This document shows positions 1 through 8,939 of a stretch of DNA of 64,000 nucleotides, piece after piece. Origin of the DNA: Minisyncoccota bacterium (GTDB lineage Bacteria; Patescibacteriota; Microgenomatia; UBA1400; UBA12028); assembly GCA_003487265.1 (NCBI GenBank), contig DNEP01000001.1, positions 24,572 to 88,571 of the forward strand. Direction: 5' to 3'. The notes under the pieces were generated by a model. The model saw only the letters and a list, made by a program, of their open reading frames with translations, ran no database searches and was not told the origin of the DNA. Position numbers and translations under genes: made by a program. Every line of letters begins with the position of its first letter. The stretch's first letter is position 1.

Positions 1-1321
1 AAGACCCTGGCTGTCGAAGTCCATTTACCGCAACGTTGAACTGTCCGTCGTAGTCTTTTGCAAAATAATCCTTACTTCCCACCATGGCTAAGATTTCACC
101 AGAGGATGGCTCCATCACCACCACCGATCCATTTGTAATGTTGTATTTCTCAACTTTTGCGATTTCTTCTGCAACGGTTTGTTGCGCAATGTCCTGGAAG
201 GGCAGGTCGAGCGATGTGGTTACGGTAAACCCACCGCGTTCAACAATTTCTGGCTCGTACATTTGTTCGAGTTGATCTTTTACATAAAAAACGAAGTGTG
301 GCGCACGAATCGCAACGCCCGTTTTGTTAAACTGCACATTCGGAAGCTCGGCAAGCGCCTGTGATTCAAGTTCCTCAGAAATATATCCATCTTCTTTCAT
401 TCTTCGCAACACTCCGCGCGTTCGCATCTGCCAAAGAGGAGTTCCTTCTTCATCAACTTTTCCACCATAGGGGCTGTACGCACTGGGACGTTGGGGAAGT
501 CCCGCCAGAATCGCAGACTCTAATAGGGTGAGGTCTTCTACACGTTTGTTAAAGTAGACTTCCGCCGCAGCACCGACCCCCATCGAGTTTGAGCCGTACG
601 GAACTTCATTCAAATACATCTGCAAAATTTGATCCTTGGTGAACTTGCGTTCAATCTGAATCGAAAGAAGCATTTGTTTGAACTTGCGCGTCAAGGAATA
701 TTCATTTGTAAGCACCGCGGTTTTCACGAGTTGTTGTGTAAGCGTTGATCCACCAATCAACTTTCCTCTCGTGACCAAGGTCCAAACCATGCGGAACGGC
801 GTAAGCGGATCGATTCCGGTATGTTTGTAAAAATCTTTATCCTCGATTGCAACGGTCGCTTGTTTGAGATAGTCAGGAACCTGTTCTATTTTCACCGGTG
901 TACGGCGAGATTCGTCATACAGGTCGTAGAGCAAGGTTCCATTGCGATCCACGATTTTTGTTGAAAAACCCGATCGGCGCACAATCGCGTTGGGATCGGG
1001 GAGATCTTTGGCAACCCACGCGAGCGCGATGAAAAAAATCACCACGGTTGCAATGGTGCCAAATAAAAACACCAAGGCGGTTAAACGCAAAAATGTGATC
1101 CAGTTCCACGACTTTCTCAGATGAGAAAAAGAGAATTTTCCACGAAAAAAAAGAAAACTAAAGGGATTTGATAACGAAAACCCCCGGAACCGCACGCGGG
1201 GAAGTCGAAACGATTGCATGGCATTCTTCATCGATCGTTTCATCATAAAAAGTGGCGAGCGTCTAGACATAATTCGTTGTTGTATCCTCCATCGAGAAAT
1301 CTCCCACCAAAGAGAAGACAT
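1..1321 (-). CDS. Class A penicillin-binding protein (PBP1A, transglycosylase/transpeptidase). N-terminal part only, because the C-terminus runs past the window start.
   Basis: Minus-strand translation gives an N-terminal TM helix, then the glycosyltransferase-51 motifs EDKDFYKHTGID, GGSTLTQQLVK, RKFKQM and LAGLPQRPSAYSP. The transpeptidase region begins at ...RQPGSS at the window edge. Candidate starts are ATG at 1321, 1270 or 1246. The ORF has no stop inside the window, so it is absent from the supplied track. Confidence 0.8.
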   Translation of the reverse strand, partial: MSSLWWEISRWRIQQRIMSRRSPLFMMKRSMKNAMQSFRLPRVRFRGFSLSNPFSFLFFRGKFSFSHLRKSWNWITFLRLTALVFLFGTIATVVIFFIALAWVAKDLPDPNAIVRRSGFSTKIVDRNGTLLYDLYDESRRTPVKIEQVPDYLKQATVAIEDKDFYKHTGIDPLTPFRMVWTLVTRGKLIGGSTLTQQLVKTAVLTNEYSLTRKFKQMLLSIQIERKFTKDQILQMYLNEVPYGSNSMGVGAAAEVYFNKRVEDLTLLESAILAGLPQRPSAYSPYGGKVDEEGTPLWQMRTRGVLRRMKEDGYISEELESQALAELPNVQFNKTGVAIRAPHFVFYVKDQLEQMYEPEIVERGGFTVTTSLDLPFQDIAQQTVAEEIAKVEKYNITNGSVVVMEPSSGEILAMVGSKDYFAKDYDGQFNVAVNGLRQPGS

Positions 1322-1378
1322 GGAAAGAGTATAACAGAAGATGTGATAAGAGGGAATTCAACGGTTTCCAACAAAACA

Positions 1379-4300
1379 TTAGACGTTCGTTTCAGTCGAC
1401 GCGCGAATTCGCGCTATTTCTTTTTTCATATCTTGAAAAACATATGAATTACGAATGATGTAGATCAACTCGACGGGAATCTTCAATTTCAAATCGGTTA
1501 TTTCCTGAAACAGCGTGATGAGTAATGAAACTTGATCTGGTTTTTTCATTATTCGTTGAACAAAATCTTCCATCCCAACCCGAATCAGCACTCTGTTTGC
1601 TATTCTGGATTTAAGTGAAGTCGATGATACGTGAGGATTTGATTGCACGATCATCTCAATCATGTACTTCAATTCTTGTTCGCCAACAGTACCAGTCATT
1701 AATGTTTGATGTAATTCGCAATCTTGTTTTGACAAGTGAAGATATAAATCGCGATCAAGGATTGCCGTTTGTTCGGCAACATAAAAGTTTCCCTCGTGTG
1801 GATCGGAGTGATATATCACACACTCCTCTCCTTCTCGAACCACTTTATGTTTTTCAAAATCCAATTGATATTGCATAAATGATGTAATTTCCTCAAGACG
1901 ATCTGCAACAATCGCATCTTCTCCGTTTTGTATTCGTGTATTCAATGTGGAGCCTGAAAAATCTTGCGATGCGTGATATTCCGATTTCAACAAAGGTGAA
2001 TAAAAATCAATTTTTGGCACATACAGTGTTCCCTGTGGATTTTCTTGACGATATTGTTCAACAACATGCGTATACGATGTGTCATCCTCAAGAAAGTTCG
2101 AATCATATATTGTTCTCACCACGGTTTCATATGATATTTGATTGAGCATTTTGATGATCCCTAGCTCTCGTTTCCATTTTCTTTTTGACTGCTGTTCTGT
2201 AGCTTGCGTGGCAACCTCTATCGCATGTTTTGTTTCGGTTGTTATCCATTCTGCATTCGAGTTTACGAAACGAAGAACCAGTTTTGTTCCATCCATTTTT
2301 TTCGCGTTCCATACCGAGTGGATACTTCCAGCGGTAATCACATCAGAAATCTCGATTGATCGAAGATATGTATCAAGTTGTACCCTCGATTCGCGCATTT
2401 CTGGTGTATCAGTGTCTTTTGCTAAACACATGTTGTACGCATTTTCCCAAATTTGCGCCTTCACCATGCTGCGATTTTTATCCATCGAATCACGCCACTG
2501 TTTTCTATCCTCTGGTGAGAATTTCCAAAACAAGGTTGAAAATTGCGCCATACGAACAACACCCGCTCCTGCCATCTGAAGAACATCAAGTAAAGAACGA
2601 ATTTGAGATTCGTGTTTTTTTTCTTCAGTTTGCAAATACCGTTCCGATAATTTCTCTAAAATCGCCCTTCTCACACGACCAACTCGTTGCGTCGCCTCAA
2701 AAAGGTTCGATGTTGAAGATATTTTTTTATACATCGTTTTCTGTTCAGTAATATTATCTGTTCTCGAAGAAAGAATCGATTTAAAAGACTCACGTGTCCC
2801 AATGTTTTTGAACAGAGATAGGGTAACATCATCAAACTCATTCGGTGCCCCTTTTTTCTTTTCTATTGCATGAACAAAATAGTCGTAATCAACTAAAGAA
2901 GCATCATATGTTTGAAACAGTTTTTCCTTTAGAGATTGTGCAAGTGGAAATGCGAGCAGCGCTCGATCTGTATGACGTAAAATGTTTTGAAGAAACGTCA
3001 TTCCCAATTGATCCAGATTAAATAAGGAAGAGAAAATGTGAAGAATCTCATTTTTACTCAAATCTAAAATGCCGCCCTTTTCAGAAAACGATCGCAATAA
3101 AATGTAAAAACGCTCAATCGGACCTAATAGATGCAAACGTTCAATACTGTCCGCGAAACTCATAAAAAGATTTTCAAATATTGGTGCCATGACGAACTTT
3201 TTCGTTTCTGGATTATAGCGAAGATACGCATTACTTAATCGTAATTTATTTGAAACGGATTCTGTGTGAACCAGCATAAAAAACCATCGAGCGGCATTTT
3301 GTGTATTCAACCGAATCTTGTCATCAGTCGAGATTGAGCTCACCAACTCGTACGCATGGTCAATTACATGTGAAGCGAAATAATCAGCAGTCGCAACGAT
3401 CGAAGTTTTCATCGATCCATTCATTTTCTGATCCACTGCTTGACCAACATGTTTCCGCAAAAATAGATACTCATCGTAATGCTGAATTTGATCACAGAGA
3501 TATACATATCCCTCATATCCAATGGCGTCTTGTTTTACAGTATAAAAAAGTATCTTTTCACGCAATGAATCAGTTGATATCTTTAATAAATGCAGATACA
3601 TCCGTTGAATAATAAATTCAATTCTCCCCGATGCTGAGTATGGAAAGGCATTCTCCAATATACGAATTTGGTTTAAGATCAACGCTGGGTTGTCTGTGGA
3701 ATCAAATGCGTGTTCGATGTTTTTCATAAGATCGGAATATTCGAGAATCTCCATCAACTCACTTCCGAAAATCTTTTTCGACATCTTTTTCGAATAAGGC
3801 GACACCTTTCCAGATCCAAAGATTTGAAAAATAAATTGATGAAGTTGTTTCTCTTCTGAGATTCCATTATCCCTACTCAACAATACCTGAATCGGTCGTA
3901 GATTTGAAAAATCGGAATAATCCTTTTGATCTCTGTCGTACCACCCAAATACTGTTTTCGATTGAGGAAAAGAAAATTGAGTAAAATTGGTGGATAATAA
4001 TCCGACGTCATAGATTCGCATTGTACTGTCAAGAATGTTCGTTAAAAGATATAAAATGAATTCAGACGACATTGACTCCCACTCGATGTCTGCACTATTT
4101 ATTGTTTCCTCTAAGATAAGTCGGTACTCATCCGCATCTTCATTTTTTGAAAAAAGCGCACGAATAACGAATATTTTTTGTGCTAACTGAAGATATTTTG
4201 ATGAAACTTCAAGATTTGAAAACAACTCCTCAATAAACTCTTCATTCTTCGCAGAAGAAAACGGATACGTATGATATTTTTGAAAATAGTCTCGAAGAGA

Positions 4301-6355
4301 ATCACTTGAGTAGGGAGGATTAGAAAAATATCCAATAGGAAAAGAAAAGTTTTCTTGAAATTTTGCTGGCAAGTGATGAATGAATTCGATATTATAGGGC
4401 GCACGCACTATCATCGTGTCCATTTGTGCAAGCACCGATCGGACATGATCATTGATCCATGAGAGAAGATCTTGCTTCGTTGACATCTGGGGAGGGAATC
4501 TCATTTCAGATGAGAAAAGATATTCTGTTCGTTTTTGGATCTCTTCATACTGTTCAACTGATAGGACTCCCCCTTTCTGCTCTGCTGCAACCTGCAAATC
4601 AGAAAGTAAGGTAAATGACCACTCTTCAGCGACGTCTGTAAATAATTTTTTTGATGTTTCTGGCTCATCTAAACCGTTTGCGTCTATCCATGAAATGACC
4701 ATACTCGAAAAAGGATTTGAATAAAAAGAAAGGTTTTTTCGAATCGATGTCCAAGGCATCCGTTGTAACACGAGAGGATAGGTGAGAAGAAGATCTAGTG
4801 TTTCTTGAATATATTTCCTGTGTAAATCTGGAAAATACGAAAATTCAAGTCGTGATGGAAAAAACACGTTCATAAAAAGCATTTCGATTTCGTCATTCAC
4901 CCTATTTAATGTAAATGTTGGTTCTAAAGATTTTTCACTAGGTATTTGAGTTTCCAAATGAAAAAGTGCTTGCAACAACTCACATACTGTTTGTGAAGAA
5001 AGTCTTGCGTTTTGATCTCGAGAAAGAAGTATCCGCGAAGACGAAATGATCTGTAAAAAATCGGGTTTTCCCTGATTCGTTTTGTATATCTCGTTTCTTC
5101 TCTGAAAATAATCATTGGTTGGCTGGAAAATATCGGACATCTTGTTCAAATAGAACGCCCAATCTTGTCCAGTCATTTGATACAACATGCGCAATTCTTC
5201 AACGTGTCCTCGAACATAAGAACCGCCATAATCGTAAGAGTCTTTTTCCACCTCTTTTTCGAAAAACACGGTGTAGAATCGTTCATCATTTGTCATTTTT
5301 CCACGTGTTCGAGATAGCAACAACCGATAATACTCAACAACAACGCGTTCACACTGTTTTTTTTCTTGTTTCTGCTTTTCCGTTCCCGCCCACCATCTTT
5401 TCTCTCGGATTGTTTCTATTACGTCATATAAATCGCTCGGATGGAGTGTCTGCATCATTTCTATCGCTTCATCCGTTTTAAAATTACGCAACAACCAAGT
5501 GACATACTCTTTTTGTGTAGGCACCAGTGGTTCGGAAAATTCTTCTGAAATGCCGATTGTTTTCTTCATACTCGTTTCAGAATGAAGGACAAAATGTTGT
5601 CCAACCGTTTCCGTTGCGCGCATATCTGCCGTTTGATGTGAAAAATCGCGAGAACGAAGGGACACGTTTTGTAACAGGTAGGATTGACTGTCTTTAATAA
5701 ACTGTTCAAGTTTTCGAATTGCAGAAGCAAATGCAAGTGAGTTGTATCCAGCATTCTCAAGTCGATTTTTAACCAATACGTCTGCTGCAAACTCGTGAAT
5801 CCACTCGTATCCTACATTCGCCACTCCAAAAACGTTTCGCGCAAAGACATCAAGCGATAAATGATTTAATTCGTGTGCTAACACCGACGCAAACTCATCT
5901 TCAGAATGCAGTACGTGAAATAGTGAACTCGAGATCACAAGCGTCCTATCAGACATAACAAGCGCGTTGGGAATAACTCCGCGTTCCAACACAAACACGC
6001 GGACATTTTGCAATTTTGGATCATTTCCGGCAAGTTTATGAACAATATTTTCGAGCCATGTGACGCGTGAGGAATCTTGCTCAATACCATGCACCGCATC
6101 TAGTCGACCATAGACATCTGCATGTTGGCCATTGCTACAGGTGAACTGTTCCCCCCCTTCATACTCGTTTTCCCAATTGTTCCCATACATTCGCATCATG
6201 CGCTGATGCCTTTGAAAAAAAAGAAGATCGTTTTTTTCTTGATGATGTTGAACAGCAGGATGCGCGCCTTCTTTAGATGGAAACCCCTGAAGCCCTATCG
6301 CTGATTGTTCAAAAAACGCAGTTGTCATTGCATTCAGTATATCCAAGTTCGCCAC
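1379..6355 (-). CDS. Giant 1658-aa multidomain protein: N-terminal M48/M56-like zinc metalloprotease (HExxH...E) fused to a C-terminal UbiB/ABC1-type atypical kinase-like domain.
   Basis: Single uninterrupted ORF. N-terminal region contains VLAHELNHL followed by HEFAADV, the HExxH plus downstream Glu pattern of M48-like zincins. C-terminal region contains QMAGAGVVRMAQFSTLF, AGSIHSVWNAKKMDGTKLVLRFV and YHSDPHEGNFYV followed by ILDRDLYL, resembling the UbiB/ABC1 motifs HADPHPGN and (I/L)DFG. The ~1000 aa in between have no motif I recognise. Confidence 0.55.
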   Translation of the reverse strand: MANLDILNAMTTAFFEQSAIGLQGFPSKEGAHPAVQHHQEKNDLLFFQRHQRMMRMYGNNWENEYEGGEQFTCSNGQHADVYGRLDAVHGIEQDSSRVTWLENIVHKLAGNDPKLQNVRVFVLERGVIPNALVMSDRTLVISSSLFHVLHSEDEFASVLAHELNHLSLDVFARNVFGVANVGYEWIHEFAADVLVKNRLENAGYNSLAFASAIRKLEQFIKDSQSYLLQNVSLRSRDFSHQTADMRATETVGQHFVLHSETSMKKTIGISEEFSEPLVPTQKEYVTWLLRNFKTDEAIEMMQTLHPSDLYDVIETIREKRWWAGTEKQKQEKKQCERVVVEYYRLLLSRTRGKMTNDERFYTVFFEKEVEKDSYDYGGSYVRGHVEELRMLYQMTGQDWAFYLNKMSDIFQPTNDYFQRRNEIYKTNQGKPDFLQIISSSRILLSRDQNARLSSQTVCELLQALFHLETQIPSEKSLEPTFTLNRVNDEIEMLFMNVFFPSRLEFSYFPDLHRKYIQETLDLLLTYPLVLQRMPWTSIRKNLSFYSNPFSSMVISWIDANGLDEPETSKKLFTDVAEEWSFTLLSDLQVAAEQKGGVLSVEQYEEIQKRTEYLFSSEMRFPPQMSTKQDLLSWINDHVRSVLAQMDTMIVRAPYNIEFIHHLPAKFQENFSFPIGYFSNPPYSSDSLRDYFQKYHTYPFSSAKNEEFIEELFSNLEVSSKYLQLAQKIFVIRALFSKNEDADEYRLILEETINSADIEWESMSSEFILYLLTNILDSTMRIYDVGLLSTNFTQFSFPQSKTVFGWYDRDQKDYSDFSNLRPIQVLLSRDNGISEEKQLHQFIFQIFGSGKVSPYSKKMSKKIFGSELMEILEYSDLMKNIEHAFDSTDNPALILNQIRILENAFPYSASGRIEFIIQRMYLHLLKISTDSLREKILFYTVKQDAIGYEGYVYLCDQIQHYDEYLFLRKHVGQAVDQKMNGSMKTSIVATADYFASHVIDHAYELVSSISTDDKIRLNTQNAARWFFMLVHTESVSNKLRLSNAYLRYNPETKKFVMAPIFENLFMSFADSIERLHLLGPIERFYILLRSFSEKGGILDLSKNEILHIFSSLFNLDQLGMTFLQNILRHTDRALLAFPLAQSLKEKLFQTYDASLVDYDYFVHAIEKKKGAPNEFDDVTLSLFKNIGTRESFKSILSSRTDNITEQKTMYKKISSTSNLFEATQRVGRVRRAILEKLSERYLQTEEKKHESQIRSLLDVLQMAGAGVVRMAQFSTLFWKFSPEDRKQWRDSMDKNRSMVKAQIWENAYNMCLAKDTDTPEMRESRVQLDTYLRSIEISDVITAGSIHSVWNAKKMDGTKLVLRFVNSNAEWITTETKHAIEVATQATEQQSKRKWKRELGIIKMLNQISYETVVRTIYDSNFLEDDTSYTHVVEQYRQENPQGTLYVPKIDFYSPLLKSEYHASQDFSGSTLNTRIQNGEDAIVADRLEEITSFMQYQLDFEKHKVVREGEECVIYHSDPHEGNFYVAEQTAILDRDLYLHLSKQDCELHQTLMTGTVGEQELKYMIEMIVQSNPHVSSTSLKSRIANRVLIRVGMEDFVQRIMKKPDQVSLLITLFQEITDLKLKIPVELIYIIRNSYVFQDMKKEIARIRASTETNV

Positions 6356-6427
6356 TGAAAAATAGAAGAAAGTTGAGGTACAATAGTGATGTAAACTTCA
6401 TTATCACAATCACAAATAAAGGATCGC

Positions 6428-7597
6428 ATGCACACATCACATTCCGTTCTCACCCGAGGCGTTGAAACGGTTTTACCGTCGGTCGATGGGCTTCAAAAAC
6501 TCATGGATGCAAAAAAGATTCGACTGTATTTGGGAATTGACCCGACGGGGAATCAACTGCATTTAGGTCACGCGGTTGTGTTGCGCAAACTCCAACAGTT
6601 TGTGGAGTTGGGACATGAGGTTATTTTGTTGATCGGGAATGGGACGGTGAAGATTGGCGATCCGACGGGGAAGGATAAAACACGCCCAATGCTCACCGAC
6701 GAGGAAATTGATCAGAACTTTGCAACATGGAAAGAGCAAGCTTCAAAAATCTTGGATTTTTCGCGCATCACAATCAAAAAAAATGGAGATTGGCTCGATC
6801 CGTTGCGTTTTGCGGACTTAGTGAAACTTATGGCAACGACAACGGTCCAACAACTCCTCGAGCGTGACATGTTTCAGGAGCGCATGAAAAACAATCTGCC
6901 TATTTTTGCTCATGAGTTGATCTATCCCTTAATGCAAGGTTTTGATTCTGTCGCGATGGATGTTGATCTTGAAATTGGTGGAAACGATCAACTGTTTAAC
7001 ATGATGGTTGGTCGTCAGTTGCAGAAACAACTGAACAATCGAGAAAAATTTGTGATGAGTGTTCCGCTGTTGGTCGGAAGTGATGGGCGCAAGATGGGAA
7101 AAAGTCTGAATAATTTTATTTCGCTCACCGCGACAGCCGAGGATATGTACGGAAAGTTGATGAGCGTTGTGGACGAGGTGGTGCCGGTGTATTTTGAGTT
7201 GTTGACTGATACTCCTCTGGAAATGATTGAGAAAAGAAAACAACAGGTAGCGGAGGGTGAGCTTCATCCCATGGACTTTAAAAAAGAAATGGCATTTGCG
7301 GTAACGAATTCGATACACGGATCGGATGCGACACATGTTGCTCAAGAAGCGTTTGAGCGCACAATACAGCACAAAGAACTTCCTTCCAATCTTCCAGTTT
7401 TACACGTTGAGGAAAGTGCAACCGTGTTGAGCGCGGTGATTGCTTCTGGGTCGTGCGCGAGTACCGGAGAGGCTCGCCGACTCATCGAGCAGGGTGGAGT
7501 AGAGGTTGATGGAGTGAAGGTGCTTGATGGATTAACGAAACTTTCCATTCCATGCGTATTGAAGGTGGGGAAACGAAATTATTTCCGGGTGGAGTGA
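6428..7597 (+). CDS. tyrS: Tyrosyl-tRNA synthetase
   Basis: Class I HIGH motif in GIDPTGNQLHLGHAV and KMSKS-type motif GRKMGKSLNN. C-terminal S4-like domain (RRLIEQGGVEVDGVKV). Confidence 0.85.
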   Translation: MHTSHSVLTRGVETVLPSVDGLQKLMDAKKIRLYLGIDPTGNQLHLGHAVVLRKLQQFVELGHEVILLIGNGTVKIGDPTGKDKTRPMLTDEEIDQNFATWKEQASKILDFSRITIKKNGDWLDPLRFADLVKLMATTTVQQLLERDMFQERMKNNLPIFAHELIYPLMQGFDSVAMDVDLEIGGNDQLFNMMVGRQLQKQLNNREKFVMSVPLLVGSDGRKMGKSLNNFISLTATAEDMYGKLMSVVDEVVPVYFELLTDTPLEMIEKRKQQVAEGELHPMDFKKEMAFAVTNSIHGSDATHVAQEAFERTIQHKELPSNLPVLHVEESATVLSAVIASGSCASTGEARRLIEQGGVEVDGVKVLDGLTKLSIPCVLKVGKRNYFRVE

Positions 7598-8769
7598 TGA
7601 AACGAGAAGATTCTCAGTTTGATTCGGCCTATCAAGAGATTGTAGAAAAATTACGTCCCGCCCTTCCCGAAAAAGTTCTGCTCAAAAAACCTAATGAGGC
7701 TTTCAAAATTGCCTTAAAATTATTTTCACATGTGAACTACACTGTCTACAAACGTATTTTAACCCATGATTTTGGTAATTGGGGGGAAAGCAGCTTTTTC
7801 CCAACAACTGAATTGTACGAAAGATTTTGTTGGCGACGGCCTACGAACGTAGAACTACCAGATTGGAAAAAATGGATACGTTTAGGAGAAATAGGAAAAG
7901 AAGCATTAACCTTAGTCGGGAAAAGATTCGATTTGCCACCAATTGAAACAAGGGATGGTCCAATAGAATGGTTTGCTCACATCACAACAGGTATTTGGGA
8001 AGGAATAATTGAAATTCAATTCGTTATCAAAAAACCAAAATTTTTCACAGAGGATGTTTTTTCCCAAAAAGATGTTTCTAATGAATCCATTTCAGATCGA
8101 ATCTCAGAAAATATCCCCATCTGGACTACGCGATTGAATCCTGCCGGAGATCGAGCAACACCAACGATGCTTATTTCGGCAATACAGAGAATCACATCTG
8201 AGCTGAATACTACACCTATCAATAAGATGAAGAATGCTGACAAATACTTGAAATCTTTTCAAAATGGTTCAGATAAAACACCCCAATCGACATTAAAGGA
8301 TTTTTTTAAATACGTGATCGAGACTCATTTCACTCGAGAATCTAACCGATATGTTCTACCAAATATATATTTCCTCACAGAGTATCTTTTTAAAGCAATT
8401 CCTGGAAATTTTGCAATCGACCGCATCGAACGAAAACTTTCTTCGAAAATCGAGAACTGCATTCTTACGCTGAGTATACAAATATTACAATCGTTGGGTT
8501 ACAAATCTATACGGTTTATTGATGAACAACAGCAACAATCAATTCAACATCACAGATCGGCCGATAAGATACAGGAATCATTTTCATATAATGAGCTTGG
8601 TTCACTTTTCTTTACTCCAGACGGAAATCCAAACTATCCAAGGCATCCATTCAATCACTCTCATCAAGGAACATCGCTTGGTCTTACGGAACAAGCAAGA
8701 AAATCACTATCACCCGAGCTCATCCAATATTTAATGTCTGTTGACATAAAACTACAAAATTCTACATAA
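7597..8769 (+). CDS. Hypothetical protein (about 390 aa) with no motif I recognise
   Basis: Long ORF. The likely start, ATG at 7597, overlaps the tyrS stop (VMKREDSQF...). Confidence 0.4.
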   Translation: MKREDSQFDSAYQEIVEKLRPALPEKVLLKKPNEAFKIALKLFSHVNYTVYKRILTHDFGNWGESSFFPTTELYERFCWRRPTNVELPDWKKWIRLGEIGKEALTLVGKRFDLPPIETRDGPIEWFAHITTGIWEGIIEIQFVIKKPKFFTEDVFSQKDVSNESISDRISENIPIWTTRLNPAGDRATPTMLISAIQRITSELNTTPINKMKNADKYLKSFQNGSDKTPQSTLKDFFKYVIETHFTRESNRYVLPNIYFLTEYLFKAIPGNFAIDRIERKLSSKIENCILTLSIQILQSLGYKSIRFIDEQQQQSIQHHRSADKIQESFSYNELGSLFFTPDGNPNYPRHPFNHSHQGTSLGLTEQARKSLSPELIQYLMSVDIKLQNST

Positions 8770-8798
8770 TAGAAGATAAGCTACGGAGTAAAAAGTAT

Positions 8799-8900
8799 AT
8801 GTTTTCCAAACGCGCACAAAAAATCTTTCGCATCATTTTCATCTTCATCGCGCTCGCGATGATCTTGGGAACCGTTTCACAAGCCGTGTTGTTTTTTTAA
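8799..8900 (+). CDS. Possible small hydrophobic protein (33 aa, MFSKRAQKIFRIIFIFIALAMILGTVSQAVLFF)
   Basis: ATG preceded by GGAG about 10 nt upstream. It is a single predicted TM helix and sits in an otherwise empty 170-nt gap before recG. It is below the ORF-track cutoff. Confidence 0.25.
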   Translation: MFSKRAQKIFRIIFIFIALAMILGTVSQAVLFF

Positions 8901-8939
8901 TACTCCCACAGATGTGTTTTCGGGTACTACAATACGCAT

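Noticed and set aside
2142-2751. Plus-strand ORFs (2142-2579 and 2356-2751) and about ten other short plus-strand ORFs lying inside the 1379-6355 minus-strand giant gene
   Set aside because: They lie entirely within a long, motif-supported minus-strand ORF, have no recognisable motifs, and are low-complexity. They are typical antisense shadow ORFs.
6929-7548. Minus-strand ORFs inside tyrS (6929-7372 and 7342-7548)
   Set aside because: They are antisense to a gene with unambiguous class I aaRS motifs, so they are shadow ORFs.
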